A stretch of DNA of 61,339 nucleotides, filler included. It is 3 parts of 3 records of this genome, joined end to end, with 100 filler letters (N's around TTAATTAATTAA, not from the genome) between each part and the next. Parts side by side here need not be neighbours in the genome. Positions count along the whole stretch, not along the records: positions 1 to 30,592 come from DRR723986_9941; positions 30,693 to 41,168 come from DRR723986_9946; positions 41,269 to 61,339 come from DRR723986_9947. The stretch is one strand, 5' to 3'. Below the pieces are notes generated by a model. It was not told the origin of the DNA, did not search any database, and saw only the letters and a program-made list of their open reading frames with translations. Numbering within the stretch: position 1 is the stretch's first letter; the number at the start of each line of letters is the position of its first letter. The translations under genes and the position numbers were made by a program. Positions 29,674 to 41,376 of the stretch are shown here, in pieces.

Positions 29674-30592
29674 TCAGCTCAGCCAGACATTGCGCAGGCC
29701 TTCGCCGAAGCCCGACACCGATCCGACCGGGTGCGGCGTGTAGCCCTGCACGTTGGCTGCCGTCGCTTCCAGCGAATTCTGGAACACCGGGTTCACGAAG
29801 CCGCCCTCGTCGTTCAGCATGTGCTGCATGTCGCAATACATCTGGCGACGCACGTCCTCGTTCAGCTCGGCCCGTGCGGCGATGATCATCTGGTCGAAGG
29901 CCTCGGATCCCCAGGCGGTTTCGTTCCAGCTGCCGCCCGCCATGTGGGCGATGGTCAGGAAGGCGTCGACCGTGGGCCGCGCGTTCCAGCCCGACATGGT
30001 CATCGGCTGCTGCATCCAGGTGTGCGACCAGTAGCCGTCCGACGGCGTGCGGATCACGTTCACATCCGCCGCGCCTGCCGCCGACTGCTGGAAGGTCAGC
30101 GCGATGTCATTGGCCGAGTTGCCCGCCGTTTCCGAGGTATAGAGGTCGAAGGCCGTCACGCCCGCCCGCTCGAAGTGGAAGCGCGCGCGGTCGAGGTCAT
30201 ATTCGGCCGGCTGCACATCCGGGCACCAGTAGCGATAGGTCGGCCCGATCGGCGTATCGGCGGAAATCGTGCCGATGCCGCGGAAGACCTGGCTCAGCAC
30301 CAGTTCCCGGTCGAGCGCGTGCTTGACGCCGAGACGGAAATCGAGATTGTCCGTCGGCGCCCGGTCGCACATCATCACCATGTTGGTGAAGGCGCCCGTG
30401 GGCGTGTTGTGCAGCGTGACGTTCGCGTTCGTCTGCAGCTGCTCCACAGCAAAGGGCACCACCGCATAGATCAGGTCCACATCCCCTGACAGCAGCGCGC
30501 TCAGTTCGGCATTCGCGTCCGGAACCGGGATGAAATCGATCCCGTCGAGATACGGCTTGCCGTCCTCGTAATAGTTCTCGAACCGCTCGAAC
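29674..30592 (-). CDS. ABC substrate-binding protein, family 5 (3' part, truncated by contig end)
   Basis: Frame stays open to the gap (FERFENYYEDGKPYLDGIDF...); family-5 C-terminal motifs WNET and RRQMY. Confidence 0.85.
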
Positions 30593-30692
30593 NNNNNNNN
30601 NNNNNNNNNNNNNNNNNNNNNNNNNNNNNNNNNNNNTTAATTAATTAANNNNNNNNNNNNNNNNNNNNNNNNNNNNNNNNNNNNNNNNNNNN
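30593..30692. other. Artificial contig linker
   Basis: N44-TTAATTAATTAA-N44 with stops in all frames; sequence composition changes across it. Confidence 0.98.
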
Positions 30693-30717
30693 ACGCTACA
30701 CCGTGCCTTGAACCGCT

Positions 30718-32058
30718 CTAGTGATGGTGGTCATGTCCATGATCGTGGTCATGCTCGTGATGGTGTAATTCCCATGCGGGAATGGGATCCTCGAAACTTG
30801 CCCACGCCTCCGGACCAGCGGCAAACTCCTCATCTGTCAGCAGGCACGCATCGAGCCGCTGACGAAAATCCGCTTCATCCATGTCGTGACCGATGACAAC
30901 CAATTCTTGACGGCGATCACCGAAGGGTGGCTCGGACACCTCAGCGATTTCCGCATGCAGGCCTGGATCGTCCGGCCACTCTTCTTCAGGCACAGCACTC
31001 CACCATTGCCCACTACACTCAAGGCTCCCGAGGCGGCCCGTATGTTGCCAAAGCCCAGCCAGATCCATTCGAGTGGCGATCCAAACATAGCCCTTCGAAC
31101 GAACCGCATCCTTGAAGCCGCCGCCTGAGAAGAAATCATAAAAGCGTTTCGGATGAAATGGTCTTCGAGCGTCGTAAGCGAACGACTCGAACCCGTACTT
31201 CTCCTCATCAACTTCCATTCCTGGCTCCGGGCCGGCAAGCCAATCGGGCAGCGTCTCCGCCCACTCTTCGGAAAACAAACCCGTGTTCAGAATCTCCGAA
31301 AGATCGACCTTTCCATAAGAAGCCTCAAGCAGACGAGCTTGCGGATTCAAGCTGCTGATCATCCGCTTCAACATTCGCCTTTGTTCATCACTGAGAAGAT
31401 CAATCTTGTTGACGATGATCACGTTGGCGAATTCAATCTGATTCACCAACAACTGAGCGACCTCTCTATCGTCTTCTTCATGCAGCCCCATGCGTCGCTC
31501 GCGCAGGTCCTCTACTGAGTTGAAGTCGTCCAAGAAATTGCACGCATCGACAACAGTCACGAACGTATCCAATTGAGCCGCATTGCCCAAGCTTCGTCCA
31601 TCCTCGTCTTGATAGATGAACGTCTCAGCTACAGGAAGTGGTTCGGAAATCCCACTGGACTCGATCAACAGGTAGTCAAACCTTCCTTCGGCCGCCAGTC
31701 GGCCAACTTCCTGCAGCAGATCTTCACGAAGCGTACAACAGATGCAGCCACTCGACAGCTCGATCAGTTTCTCTTCCGCTTGGTTTAGAGTCGCATTGCC
31801 ACCTTTGACAAGCTGTGAATCAATGTTGATGTCGCTCATGTCGTTGACAATCAGAGCAACCTTCATTCCTTCGCGATTGTTGAGCACATGGCTTAGCAAA
31901 GTTGTTTTCCCTGCCCCCAAGAACCCAGAAAGTACCGTGACAGGAATCTTCTTCTCTACTTCATGCTGCTTAGGCAAAATATTCAGTATCGAAAACGGCG
32001 ACTGCTTGGCTTCATCACTAGCCTGCTGGTCGTTGCCATTTGAATCAACATTGTCCAC
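30718..32058 (-). CDS. COG0523 G3E GTPase metallochaperone (ZigA/YciC/CobW-like)
   Basis: [27 protein letters not shown], a CobW_C region (RPFHP) and a His-rich tail [15 protein letters not shown]. Confidence 0.95.
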   Translation of the reverse strand: MDNVDSNGNDQQASDEAKQSPFSILNILPKQHEVEKKIPVTVLSGFLGAGKTTLLSHVLNNREGMKVALIVNDMSDINIDSQLVKGGNATLNQAEEKLIELSSGCICCTLREDLLQEVGRLAAEGRFDYLLIESSGISEPLPVAETFIYQDEDGRSLGNAAQLDTFVTVVDACNFLDDFNSVEDLRERRMGLHEEDDREVAQLLVNQIEFANVIIVNKIDLLSDEQRRMLKRMISSLNPQARLLEASYGKVDLSEILNTGLFSEEWAETLPDWLAGPEPGMEVDEEKYGFESFAYDARRPFHPKRFYDFFSGGGFKDAVRSKGYVWIATRMDLAGLWQHTGRLGSLECSGQWWSAVPEEEWPDDPGLHAEIAEVSEPPFGDRRQELVVIGHDMDEADFRQRLDACLLTDEEFAAGPEAWASFEDPIPAWELHHHEHDHDHGHDHHH

Positions 32059-32306
32059 TACTGAATCCTCTTATTCGTCGGTTGCACCCCACGGGATGCA
32101 AGTAATTGACTTCCTAGACTGCGCTACTCCCCATCCATTATGCGGAAGTAGCCGATTTCTGACATAGGCCGCCATCCGATTCAGAGCGTTTCGGCCAATG
32201 AGTTGGGCTTGCTGGGCTGAGACCAATTTGCCAATACGCCAAACAGTTCTGTTAGAGTAGACTGCGAGACGTCCGAATCGATGAACCTACCCAATGAGTA
32301 TAAGAA

Positions 32307-35300
32307 GTGCGCACAATACTCCAGCTAGCTCTTTCTCCCTCCTGGCTACCTGTCTATTTGTTCGTGCTGCTGTCGAGCAACAGCGGTGGTGCTCCGATCC
32401 AGGCAGCCGAACGAAAGCCCAACGTAGTTTTCATTCTGGCGGATGACCTCGGCTGGAGTGACACAACTTTGTTCGGCACGACGACGTTTTACAAGACGCC
32501 GAACATAGAACGCCTCGCTAAAAGAGGAATGACGTTCACCCGTGCTTACTCGTCCAGTCCTCTGTGTTCGCCTACCCGAGCCAGTGTGCTGACGGGACTC
32601 AGTCCAGCCCGGCATGGAATCACGTCGCCGAATTGTCATCTGCCGAAGGTTGTCCTGAAAGCCACCGAGACCGACAGCGGCCCACCGACGCGTTTTGCGA
32701 CGATTCCAGATTCAGTATCACGACTCGACACTCGCTACTACACGCTCGCGGAGATGTTTCGCGACAACGGCTACGCCACCGGACACTTCGGAAAGTGGCA
32801 CCTGGGCTCTGAGCCATACTCGCCGCTCGAACATGGTTTCGACGTAGACGTGCCGCACCACGCGGGCCCAGGTCCAGCGGGCAGTTATGTCGCACCGTGG
32901 AAGTTCAAGGACTTTGATCATGATCCTGACATCCCCGATGAACACATCGAAGACCGGATGGCTAAGGAAGCCGTCGCCTTCATGGAGCAGCACAAGGACG
33001 AGTCGTTTTTCCTAAACTACTGGATGTTCAGCGTGCACGCCCCGTTTGACGCAAAGCAGGATCTGATCGATCAATACCGAAAGGAAGTCGATCCTGAGAA
33101 CCCTCAACGCAGCCCGACTTATGCCGCGATGATTGAGAGTATGGACGATGCAGTTGGCACACTGCTAGATACGCTTGACCGGTTAAAGATAGCCGACAAC
33201 ACCATCATCATCTTTGCTTCCGACAACGGCGGCAACATGTACAACGAGGTCGATGGGTCGACACCGACCAGCAACGCTCCTTTGCGTGGTGGCAAGGCCA
33301 CAATGTTTGAAGGCGGCGTCCGGGGGCCGGCAATTGTTGTGCAGCCCGGTGCAATTCAAGCTGCTTCGCGCAGTGATGCTGTGATACAGAGCAGCGATTA
33401 TTATCCGACGCTACTCGAAATGCTGGCCATTGACGCTCAGCCGAATCAGGAGTTCGACGGGGTCAGCATTTTGCCCGCTCTGCGTGGAAAGCCACTCCAT
33501 CGCGAGGCGATTTTCACTTACTTCCCGCATGCCCCCGGTGTTCCAGATTGGCTACCTCCGTCGGCCAGCGTCCATGCCGGCGACTGGAAGCTGATCCGCA
33601 TTTTTCACGGCGGCGAAGATGGAGCGCACCGGCACAAACTCTTCAACCTCAAAGACGATATCGGAGAAAAGAACAACCTCGCCGAGCAAATGCCCGATCA
33701 AGTCCAGCGACTCGATGCCTTGATTGAGCAACACCTTGTCGACACTGGCGCTGCCCGCCCGTTGCCAAACCCCAAGTTTGATCCGACTAAGTATGACGTC
33801 ACCCAAGAAGGGAAAGCCAAACGGAAAACGAAGCCTCGTCCTGCGAAGGACTCCCCGCGGAAGCCGCCTGGCAAGTCGGTTGCTGGCTGGACTCCCGGCG
33901 GCACCTGCACCCTTGAAAACACACAAGACGCTTTGACGGTCACGAGCACCGGAGGTGATCCTCACCTGAGTCGCCCGGTAGCGGAGCCCATCGACGCCGG
34001 TTCCTTTACGCTGCACGTTACGATGAAATCGAATTCAAGTGGCAATGGCCAAGTGTTCTGGCAAGAGGATGGAGCAGGCCCTTTCAAACGCGACCGCAGC
34101 CAGTTTTTTGATGTGAAACATGACGGCGAGCAACACGACTACGCGATCCAATTCGAAACGACTCGACCGCTCGTAGCCATACGAATCGATCCATCGCGAG
34201 GCCCCGGGCAAATCAACATCCTGAGCGTGCGTCTGGAGACAGATAACAAGAAACCTCGCCAGCTTCTGAAGCTGCTCGTTGCCGCGAAACCATCCGCCAA
34301 CTCAACAACCACATCCGCCAGCAACGCAACCAAGTCTCGAGACAATCGCCGCAAGCCAAACGTGATTGTCGTCTACACCGACGACCATGGTTACTCGGAC
34401 CTGGGTAGCCAAGGCGTCTTCGATGACGTCAAAACACCGCACCTAGACAAACTGGCGGCGAACGGAGTTCGCATGACGGACGGCTACTGCACCGCACCGC
34501 AATGTGTCCCGTCACGAGGTGCACTGATCGGCGGCCAATATCAGACGAAGTGGGGCCTGGAGTCGAATCCGCAAGCCCGCGACGAAGCGGTCATGCAACA
34601 GTTTGATGAACTGGAGACAATTCCTGAGCGACTGCAGAAGGCTGGCTACGTCACTGGCATGGCGGGCAAGTGGCACCTTGGTCCGAACACAGCCGATGCA
34701 ATTTCGACTCATGGATTTGACAAGGTCTTTTTCAAACACAGCAACGCACCTGGTAGCTGGAACATGAACCTTGATGGCAAGGACATTGAAGTTCAGCGGC
34801 AAAAGGGAGGTGGCTACCATATTGATCTAATCTCCGACTTTGCCTGTTCGTTTATCGACCGCTTTCACGACCAACCGTTTTTCTTCTACCTTGCCTGTCG
34901 AGCACCTCACGTTCCACTCGATGCACCTCAGGAGTACCTTGATCGCTTTCCGGGGGAAATGCCCGAGCGGCGCCGAAAAGCCCTGGCGATGATCTCGGCA
35001 GTCGACGACGGCGTCGGGCAGATTGTCGCCACACTGCAAGAGCACCAGATCGAAGAGGACACGTTGATTTTTGTGATAAGCGACAACGGCGCGCCGCTTA
35101 AGATTCACAAGCTAGACGCACCTGGTGGCGGGCCGGGCTGGGATGGATCTCTTAACGATCCAATGAATGGAGAGAAAGGCATGCTGACCGAGGGCGGCAT
35201 TCGCGTCCCGTTTCTGGTGAGCTGGAAGGGGCAGATTCCGGGCGGTCAGGTCTATCGCCACCCAGTCATCACTCTCGATGTTGGCGCAACCGCCTGTTCG

Positions 35301-35720
35301 CTCGCTGGTCTGGCAGAAGATCCAAATCTCGACGGAGTGAATCTGTTGCCTTATCTAACTGGCCAGAAGTTCGGGCCAGCTCACACCGTGTTGTTTTGGC
35401 GATGGCTCGGCCAGTCTGCCATTCGCAAAGGAAAGTGGAAATACCTGCGAGGTGACACTCGGGAGTATCTCTTTGACATGGAAAGTGATCCAGAAGAAAC
35501 AAACAACCTGTTGCAAAACAATCCAGACATTGCCGCTTCGATGCATTCAGAACTAAAGGCCTGGGCAGCAACGCAGTCACCACCCGGAATTGGGGCCATG
35601 AAATCAGAAGCAATGAGCCGTCAGGGTGGCAAGTACTTTGATTGGTATCTGGATGGAAAACGCGATGCCACGCCGCCTGCCCCGGTGGCAAAGAAGAAAC
35701 GCGGAGGGAAAGACAGGTGA
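32307..35720 (+). CDS. Secreted tandem double sulfatase with a central accessory domain
   Basis: Signal peptide; two complete S1 modules (ADDLG..CSPTRAS..GKWHLG and TDDHG..CVPSRG..GKWHLG). Confidence 0.93.
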   Translation: MRTILQLALSPSWLPVYLFVLLSSNSGGAPIQAAERKPNVVFILADDLGWSDTTLFGTTTFYKTPNIERLAKRGMTFTRAYSSSPLCSPTRASVLTGLSPARHGITSPNCHLPKVVLKATETDSGPPTRFATIPDSVSRLDTRYYTLAEMFRDNGYATGHFGKWHLGSEPYSPLEHGFDVDVPHHAGPGPAGSYVAPWKFKDFDHDPDIPDEHIEDRMAKEAVAFMEQHKDESFFLNYWMFSVHAPFDAKQDLIDQYRKEVDPENPQRSPTYAAMIESMDDAVGTLLDTLDRLKIADNTIIIFASDNGGNMYNEVDGSTPTSNAPLRGGKATMFEGGVRGPAIVVQPGAIQAASRSDAVIQSSDYYPTLLEMLAIDAQPNQEFDGVSILPALRGKPLHREAIFTYFPHAPGVPDWLPPSASVHAGDWKLIRIFHGGEDGAHRHKLFNLKDDIGEKNNLAEQMPDQVQRLDALIEQHLVDTGAARPLPNPKFDPTKYDVTQEGKAKRKTKPRPAKDSPRKPPGKSVAGWTPGGTCTLENTQDALTVTSTGGDPHLSRPVAEPIDAGSFTLHVTMKSNSSGNGQVFWQEDGAGPFKRDRSQFFDVKHDGEQHDYAIQFETTRPLVAIRIDPSRGPGQINILSVRLETDNKKPRQLLKLLVAAKPSANSTTTSASNATKSRDNRRKPNVIVVYTDDHGYSDLGSQGVFDDVKTPHLDKLAANGVRMTDGYCTAPQCVPSRGALIGGQYQTKWGLESNPQARDEAVMQQFDELETIPERLQKAGYVTGMAGKWHLGPNTADAISTHGFDKVFFKHSNAPGSWNMNLDGKDIEVQRQKGGGYHIDLISDFACSFIDRFHDQPFFFYLACRAPHVPLDAPQEYLDRFPGEMPERRRKALAMISAVDDGVGQIVATLQEHQIEEDTLIFVISDNGAPLKIHKLDAPGGGPGWDGSLNDPMNGEKGMLTEGGIRVPFLVSWKGQIPGGQVYRHPVITLDVGATACSLAGLAEDPNLDGVNLLPYLTGQKFGPAHTVLFWRWLGQSAIRKGKWKYLRGDTREYLFDMESDPEETNNLLQNNPDIAASMHSELKAWAATQSPPGIGAMKSEAMSRQGGKYFDWYLDGKRDATPPAPVAKKKRGGKDR

Positions 35721-37201
35721 ACCGCTCTGCGCAATCAGACCAGAAACAATGGTGCGTCGCAACATTGCAGGCGATAACGCTTGCTGTGCAACTCGTGATG
35801 CTGTCAACAGCTTGCCACTCAGGGGAACGTCCGAACATTCTGTTCGTACTCACGGAAGATCAGGGCGCTCACCTGAGGCTCCTGGGAACACCGGGACTGC
35901 AGACTCCACACATGGATGCTCTGGCGCAATCTGGGACCTACTTCCGCAATGCTTTCGTTGCCTACCCCGTCTGCTCTGCATCAAAGGCGGCGATTTACAC
36001 CGGCCTGCATAATCACACCAATGGAATTTTGAACAACACGCACAACTTTCACAAACCTGCCTCACAGGTTACGAAAGCGGAGAGGAACCTGAAGCTTGCA
36101 CGCACCAATTGCGTCCACGACAAATTTCAGACACTGACGGAAATCCTAAAGGCGAACGGCTACTATCAAGGCGTTACGCACAAACTGCACGTGCTGCCAA
36201 ATGCGAAGTTTCCTTACGACGAATTTCTCCACGGCTCCGCCGAAGACATTGCCAGCTTCATGGCGACAGCGACAACTCGCAAGCAACCATGGTTTCTGAT
36301 GGTCAACATTCCCAATTCACATCGCCCGTACCCAAACAGCGATCGGATGCCAATTCGGGTGAATCCCGCGGAAGTCAGATTGCCTGCGTTTTTGCCCGAT
36401 TCACCCCCTGTTCGCAAGGATTGGGCCGAGTACCTGGCGGGGATTGAACAAGCTGATGCTCTTACGGGTCGCGCGCTGAAGCTCCTGGAGGAATCCGGCC
36501 AGAGCGAAAACACGATTGTCGTCTTCATGAGTGACCACGGGCCGACGTTTCAGCATGGCAAAATGACGCTTTACGATCTGGGGCTGCGCGTTCCACTGAT
36601 CATTCGCGGGCCCGGCATCCCGCAAAACGCCATCCGCAACGAACTTATAAGTGAACTGGATTTGCTGCCAACGTTTATTGACGTCTGCGATTTGGACGTA
36701 ACGCTGAACTACCAACTTCACGGGCACTCGCTTGCAAGCCTGCTGGCCAAGAATCCCGATCCCCACCCCCAAGGTCACGACTTCATCTTCTCTGAGATTT
36801 CACACCGAGGTCCGCTGCCCAACAACGGGATGCAGGAACGGAGTGTTTACGATGGACGATGGAAGCTGATTTATCGTGAGCGAGTCGACACGGCTTGGCG
36901 TCAGGTCAACGCAGACAGCCGCGAATTCAAAGTCTGGGGCAACCGCACGTACAGAGAAACGGTTCGGTTAAGAGACCAGTTCCCGGTTCAGTATCGCATT
37001 CTTGCGGAAATGGATCCGCAGAATCTTGGTGGGCGAGCCCCGTCACTGGAGCTCTACGACCTGCAATCCGACCCCGATGAAATGCACAACCTTGCGCGAG
37101 AGGCAGAACACAATCAGCACAAGCAAAGGTTGCTCAACGCGTTGATGACTTGGGTGAAGGCAACGAACGACTCTGCGGTGGTTGGAGAATATCGCTGGTG
37201 A
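35717..37201 (+). CDS. Sulfatase (sulfamidase/SGSH-like), possibly a lipoprotein
   Basis: [33 protein letters not shown] and LYDL..DP.E..NLA; the GTG start overlaps the upstream TGA; LSTAC lipobox-like. Confidence 0.88.
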   Translation: MNRSAQSDQKQWCVATLQAITLAVQLVMLSTACHSGERPNILFVLTEDQGAHLRLLGTPGLQTPHMDALAQSGTYFRNAFVAYPVCSASKAAIYTGLHNHTNGILNNTHNFHKPASQVTKAERNLKLARTNCVHDKFQTLTEILKANGYYQGVTHKLHVLPNAKFPYDEFLHGSAEDIASFMATATTRKQPWFLMVNIPNSHRPYPNSDRMPIRVNPAEVRLPAFLPDSPPVRKDWAEYLAGIEQADALTGRALKLLEESGQSENTIVVFMSDHGPTFQHGKMTLYDLGLRVPLIIRGPGIPQNAIRNELISELDLLPTFIDVCDLDVTLNYQLHGHSLASLLAKNPDPHPQGHDFIFSEISHRGPLPNNGMQERSVYDGRWKLIYRERVDTAWRQVNADSREFKVWGNRTYRETVRLRDQFPVQYRILAEMDPQNLGGRAPSLELYDLQSDPDEMHNLAREAEHNQHKQRLLNALMTWVKATNDSAVVGEYRW

Positions 37202-37449
37202 ACTCGTCGCTGCACCTAAAGCCGTCCGATCAGTATAGGGGGCGGTGAGGAGAGCGTCGGTGGTGGACTGGCGGCAGCGCAATCGCGAGGACAACTCGTC
37301 GAGCCGCGACAAAAGGACCGACACCTTCGACACGATCCATTTTTGTTCGGTGGAAACCACGCGCAAGTGAGCCACAGCCTACGCATCTCGGGAACTCCAG
37401 TCCCGCTTGCGCCAGAGAAAACGGTATCGGTCGAGTTGCGATCCGCCGC

Positions 37450-38016
37450 TTAACTCAAACGCACCGTTTTGATCGCGCTGGCGAGCGCACCAAACTTCAC
37501 TTCCGTAGGGTTTAGTTTTCGAAGAGAACCGAGAGAAATACTACGCTGGTTTCCCAAAGTCTCCAGGGTGGTCGTGGGCAGAACCAGAAAAGTCCATTGG
37601 TTCAAATCGATTGGATCGGCAAGGTGACGACTCCGCTCATCAAGCAAAGCGAAGACATAAATATCGGCGGAACGACAGGCTTCGAGATCCACTTCGTTGG
37701 AGTCGGCATTCCAACTCTTCTTTCGCGCAATATCGAAAATAACCTTCGATGGCTCCGCCTGATCCCATGACTGCACAAACGCTGCGCTCTTGACCTCGAT
37801 CTTCAAACCATCGGCTGTCATAACATCGAAAGCATCCCACTCTTTGCGAGACTGGTTGGCTGAACCGACTGCCTTCGCGACCAAGAACTCGGCCACAATT
37901 CCCCGATGAGTATTGGTTAAGAGATCCGAAAATGCCCACCTCCAGAAATCAAGCACATCAAAGGATTCACAGCCAAATTTCTCACTACCTTTGAGCGGAT
38001 GAACTGAACTAGTCAT
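37450..38016 (-). CDS. Hypothetical protein with PD-(D/E)XK nuclease-like motif
   Basis: RG..AEFLV..A...WDAFDV....LKIEVKS pattern. Confidence 0.6.
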   Translation of the reverse strand: MTSSVHPLKGSEKFGCESFDVLDFWRWAFSDLLTNTHRGIVAEFLVAKAVGSANQSRKEWDAFDVMTADGLKIEVKSAAFVQSWDQAEPSKVIFDIARKKSWNADSNEVDLEACRSADIYVFALLDERSRHLADPIDLNQWTFLVLPTTTLETLGNQRSISLGSLRKLNPTEVKFGALASAIKTVRLS

Positions 38017-38482
38017 TCGATCCCTGTCTACGACTTTGTGGATTGTGGCGGATTATTAAGCTTCGGTCTCCGAGTAGTGGTAGCACAAATCGCCGAACTG
38101 GGACAGCAGGAACGACAACGCAGCACGCTGCTTGTGATAGCCCCCTGCCCCACGTCGAACCACAGAACTCAGGCCATGCATTCCCTACCGGTTACCGTAT
38201 TCGAGTCAGCGTTGGGCCTCGAATACGTCGGATTGTTATTGGCCGAATGGACCACTTTCGGTTTTCCGCTGTTTGCTGGCGAATCCGAGCCGTATTTCGG
38301 GGGAGCCAAGTCTGCTCGACTCCAAGAATCCGCGTATTCCGACTATTCAGAATCCTTGCGAAGCCGCTGCAACAATACAGCAGAACTTCTCCCATCCCCC
38401 CTCATTCTGTAGCGTAAGCTCCGAAGTCAAACGCAATTCCAGAATTTGCGGCCATCCGCAGGCTGAACAGATTGGTGAGGCT

Positions 38483-38965
38483 ATGTCACAAGCTCGAAGA
38501 AAGCTCTTCGTCGATCCCGAAGTGCAAGGCAGTCTGGTCAAACGATTGCTCGAACACTGGGCCATTCTTTTCATACTGACAATGGTCTGCCTGCTGACGA
38601 TGGACGTGTTCTTGAATTCGCACCAGACGACTATCGGACAGCGGCTGCATTCGCTGTGGGTCAAATACGGTGTAGTGATCCTAGTGATGATTGCGATGCT
38701 ACCGGCATTCATTTACGACACGATCAAGTTGAGTCACAGATTTGTCGGCCCAATCTACCGCTTGCGAGTCACGCTGGGTTCGCTCGCTCATGGCGGGACT
38801 GTCGCCAAAGTCAATATTCGCGAAAACGACTTTTGGCCAGAAATGGCCGACGACTTCAATGCACTGCTTGATCGACTGGAAGCCAGCGAGAAACGTGTCT
38901 CTGAGCTCGAACAATCACTAACAACCGAACACGTGCATTCAGAGTGCGCAGTATCCCAGACCTAG
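38483..38965 (+). CDS. Two-TM membrane protein with HAMP-like region (planctomycete Tad-associated type)
   Basis: RRKLFVDPEVQG, two TM segments, SHRFVGPIYRL and R.NDFW.EMADDFN. Confidence 0.7.
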   Translation: MSQARRKLFVDPEVQGSLVKRLLEHWAILFILTMVCLLTMDVFLNSHQTTIGQRLHSLWVKYGVVILVMIAMLPAFIYDTIKLSHRFVGPIYRLRVTLGSLAHGGTVAKVNIRENDFWPEMADDFNALLDRLEASEKRVSELEQSLTTEHVHSECAVSQT

Positions 38966-39085
38966 CTATTGGATTTTGCTTTTGGTGCAGGCTTGTTCAA
39001 AAGAAGACTATCTTCCAGCGAAGCGAACACTTCGATGCAAGCACGCCATCCATCACCACAAGCTTGTTTTTTAGGGTGCAAGCAG

Positions 39086-39529
39086 ATGACAAAGAACTCA
39101 CATCGCCTCAATAAACCGATTGGAGCTTCACTCCGACGTTCCGCCTGCCTACGTCGCGGCGCAGCAGTTGTCGAGATGGCTGTCGTTTCCCCTGTCCTGC
39201 TCATCATTGCGATGGGCACTCTTGAAGCAACCAATGCGATCCACCTCAAGCAGTCACTAGAGGTTTGTGCGTATGAAGGTGCCCGTGTCGCACTTCTGCC
39301 GGGTACCAAAGCCGAGAATGTTAGGGCCGCTTGTGAGTCTATGTTGGAAGACCGAGGCGTCAAAGACGCCACGGTAGACGTATCACCGACCAACTTCACG
39401 AAGAGACCGTACGGGACCGAAATCACAGTTGAAATAACTGCTCCGCTCGCCAAGAACACCGTCGTAACCATGGTGGTACTTCGAAACAGGACGATTGCAA
39501 GCGAAGTAACAATGATGAAGGAGAGATAG
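39086..39529 (+). CDS. tadE: TadE-like pseudopilin
   Basis: RRGAAVVEMAVVSP prepilin-type motif and AYEGAR. Confidence 0.88.
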   Translation: MTKNSHRLNKPIGASLRRSACLRRGAAVVEMAVVSPVLLIIAMGTLEATNAIHLKQSLEVCAYEGARVALLPGTKAENVRAACESMLEDRGVKDATVDVSPTNFTKRPYGTEITVEITAPLAKNTVVTMVVLRNRTIASEVTMMKER

Positions 39530-39531
39530 TC

Positions 39532-40677
39532 ATGAGCAGCCGGTGCCATGTGAATAGTCGAAAGTACAAGGAACGGCCTAGCCGCGGCGGGGCCATACTG
39601 CCGCTGGTTGCGATCTTGCTGGTTCCGCTGCTCGCCCTCGCAGCCCTTGCAATAAACAGTGCCTACGTGGAGTTGCGACGCACTGAAATGTATATCGCCG
39701 CGGACGCAGCAGCAAGAGCTGGCGGTCGTGAGCTAACAATTGCAAGAAGCAAAGCCGCCGCAATCTCGAAGGCGAAAAAGCTTGCTAGTTTGAACAACGT
39801 CGGTGGAAAACCTCTCACGCTTGATGATACCGATATTGAATTCGGTGTTGCGACAAGAGCGGATACTGCTTCTCGGTATGCCTTCCTGGCCAACGACGAT
39901 AACCCAACTTCGATTCGCGTCACTGCCCGACGCACAGCCGACTCAACCGACGGTCCAATCGACTTGTTGATGCCTAAGATCCTCGGTCGCGATTCCGTTG
40001 AGACGTCGCAGTCCTCTATCTCAACGCAAGTTCAAGTGGATATAGCGTTGGTGATCGATCGCAGTGGTTCAATGGCCTACGCTTCAGACGAGAAAGCGGC
40101 CTTCCCCCCTGCTCCCCAGGCTGCGCCGAAAGGCTGGTTCTTCTGCGACCCCGCTCCGCCAAAATCGCGATGGAGAGAACTAGTCGCAGCGGTTGATGTC
40201 TTCATCGAAGAACTTGAAACATCACCTGCTCCAGAGAAGGTTGCTCTGGTCACTTACGCGGACAGCGCCCGATCGGAAGTAAAGCCCACTCAAAACTACT
40301 CAAAAATTCAAGCCGGCCTCGACAAATACACCAGGTCTCTGTGCGCGGGAAAGACGAATGTTGGAGGTGGGATCGACCGAGCTCGCAGCTTGATCGTTAA
40401 CGGTAGCGGGGCTCGACCGAGCGCTGCAAAAGTCCTTGTCGTTTTGACGGACGGCATCCATAACACCGGGACGAACCCGGTCTCCGCAGCCAACCGTGCC
40501 GGCAAGGACGGCCTCCTTATTTTTAGCGTCACATTTTCTAATGAAGCTGACAAGAAACGGATGCAGCAAGTAGCCGCCAAAGCAGGCGGAAAGCACTTCC
40601 ATGCATCGAACGGCTCTGACCTGATCGACGTATTCCGCGAGATTGCGACGTCGCTTCCAACGCTATTGACCGAGTAA
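39532..40677 (+). CDS. tadG: TadG-like protein with VWA domain
   Basis: RGGAILPLVA N-terminus, AADAAARAG, MIDAS motif DRSGSM and LTDG. Confidence 0.85.
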   Translation: MSSRCHVNSRKYKERPSRGGAILPLVAILLVPLLALAALAINSAYVELRRTEMYIAADAAARAGGRELTIARSKAAAISKAKKLASLNNVGGKPLTLDDTDIEFGVATRADTASRYAFLANDDNPTSIRVTARRTADSTDGPIDLLMPKILGRDSVETSQSSISTQVQVDIALVIDRSGSMAYASDEKAAFPPAPQAAPKGWFFCDPAPPKSRWRELVAAVDVFIEELETSPAPEKVALVTYADSARSEVKPTQNYSKIQAGLDKYTRSLCAGKTNVGGGIDRARSLIVNGSGARPSAAKVLVVLTDGIHNTGTNPVSAANRAGKDGLLIFSVTFSNEADKKRMQQVAAKAGGKHFHASNGSDLIDVFREIATSLPTLLTE

Positions 40678-40694
40678 ATTGTTCGGAGCTAAAA

Positions 40695-41168
40695 GTGTTA
40701 AGAAACTGCTATGAATGTCCCGCCCGACGCGGCGCAACACTGGTTGAATTCTCGCTAGTCTTTCCAGTACTAATTGTTTTCGTGGTTGCGACGATTGAGT
40801 TCGTGCGCGTTGCGAACGTTCGACACACGATCAATACTGCTTCCTACGAAGCAACACGACTGGTGATCGTCCCGGGTGCGTCTGCTGCGGAAGCAGAGGA
40901 AAGAGCGGAAGAGATACTTGCTCGCAACGGTCTGAAGCTGTCGAAAATCACGGTCACGCCTAACCGAATAACCGAAAGCACTCCTTCGGTGACAGTTGAG
41001 ATCGAGGCCGCGCTAAAAGACAATCTGTGGAGCCTAAGCAGGTTCACCAAAGGAATACGGCTCAACGCATCGACGAGCCTCTTAACCGAACGTTCCCCAA
41101 TAGTCGTGGCAAAGGCAATCCCAAAACCAAAACCAAAACCGAAACCAAAGCCGAAACCAAAGCCGAAA
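40695..41168 (+). CDS. tadE: TadE-like pseudopilin with Pro-Lys tail (truncated)
   Basis: RRGATLVEFSLVFP and ASYEATR; runs into the gap. Confidence 0.85.
41121..41168 (+). repeat. (Pro-Lys)n coding repeat, CCRAAR x8
   Basis: ccaaaa/ccgaaa/ccaaag hexamer run at the contig end. Confidence 0.9.
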
Positions 41169-41268
41169 NNNNNNNNNNNNNNNNNNNNNNNNNNNNNNNN
41201 NNNNNNNNNNNNTTAATTAATTAANNNNNNNNNNNNNNNNNNNNNNNNNNNNNNNNNNNNNNNNNNNN
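41169..41268. other. Artificial contig linker
   Basis: N44-TTAATTAATTAA-N44. Confidence 0.98.
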
Positions 41269-41376
41269 ACAAACAAAAAGATCAAAGAGCCTGAGATGCG
41301 AACAGCGTGAGTAGCTCAAAGCGGTCTGGTAGTGGCGGCAAAAGAATGTGTTGTTTGCCCGAAACGCAGACAGGAA

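Noticed and set aside
130-29885. Long antisense or alternative-frame ORFs (e.g. 130..1023, 4732..6099, 15660..17012, 20183..21844, 23770..25359)
   Set aside because: Shadow ORFs typical of high-GC DNA; they overlap well-supported genes and carry no motifs.
30593-41268. TTAATTAATTAA repeats inside the N runs, and any link between genes across them
   Set aside because: These are synthetic contig spacers. The three segments differ in composition and gene repertoire, so they are probably from different organisms.
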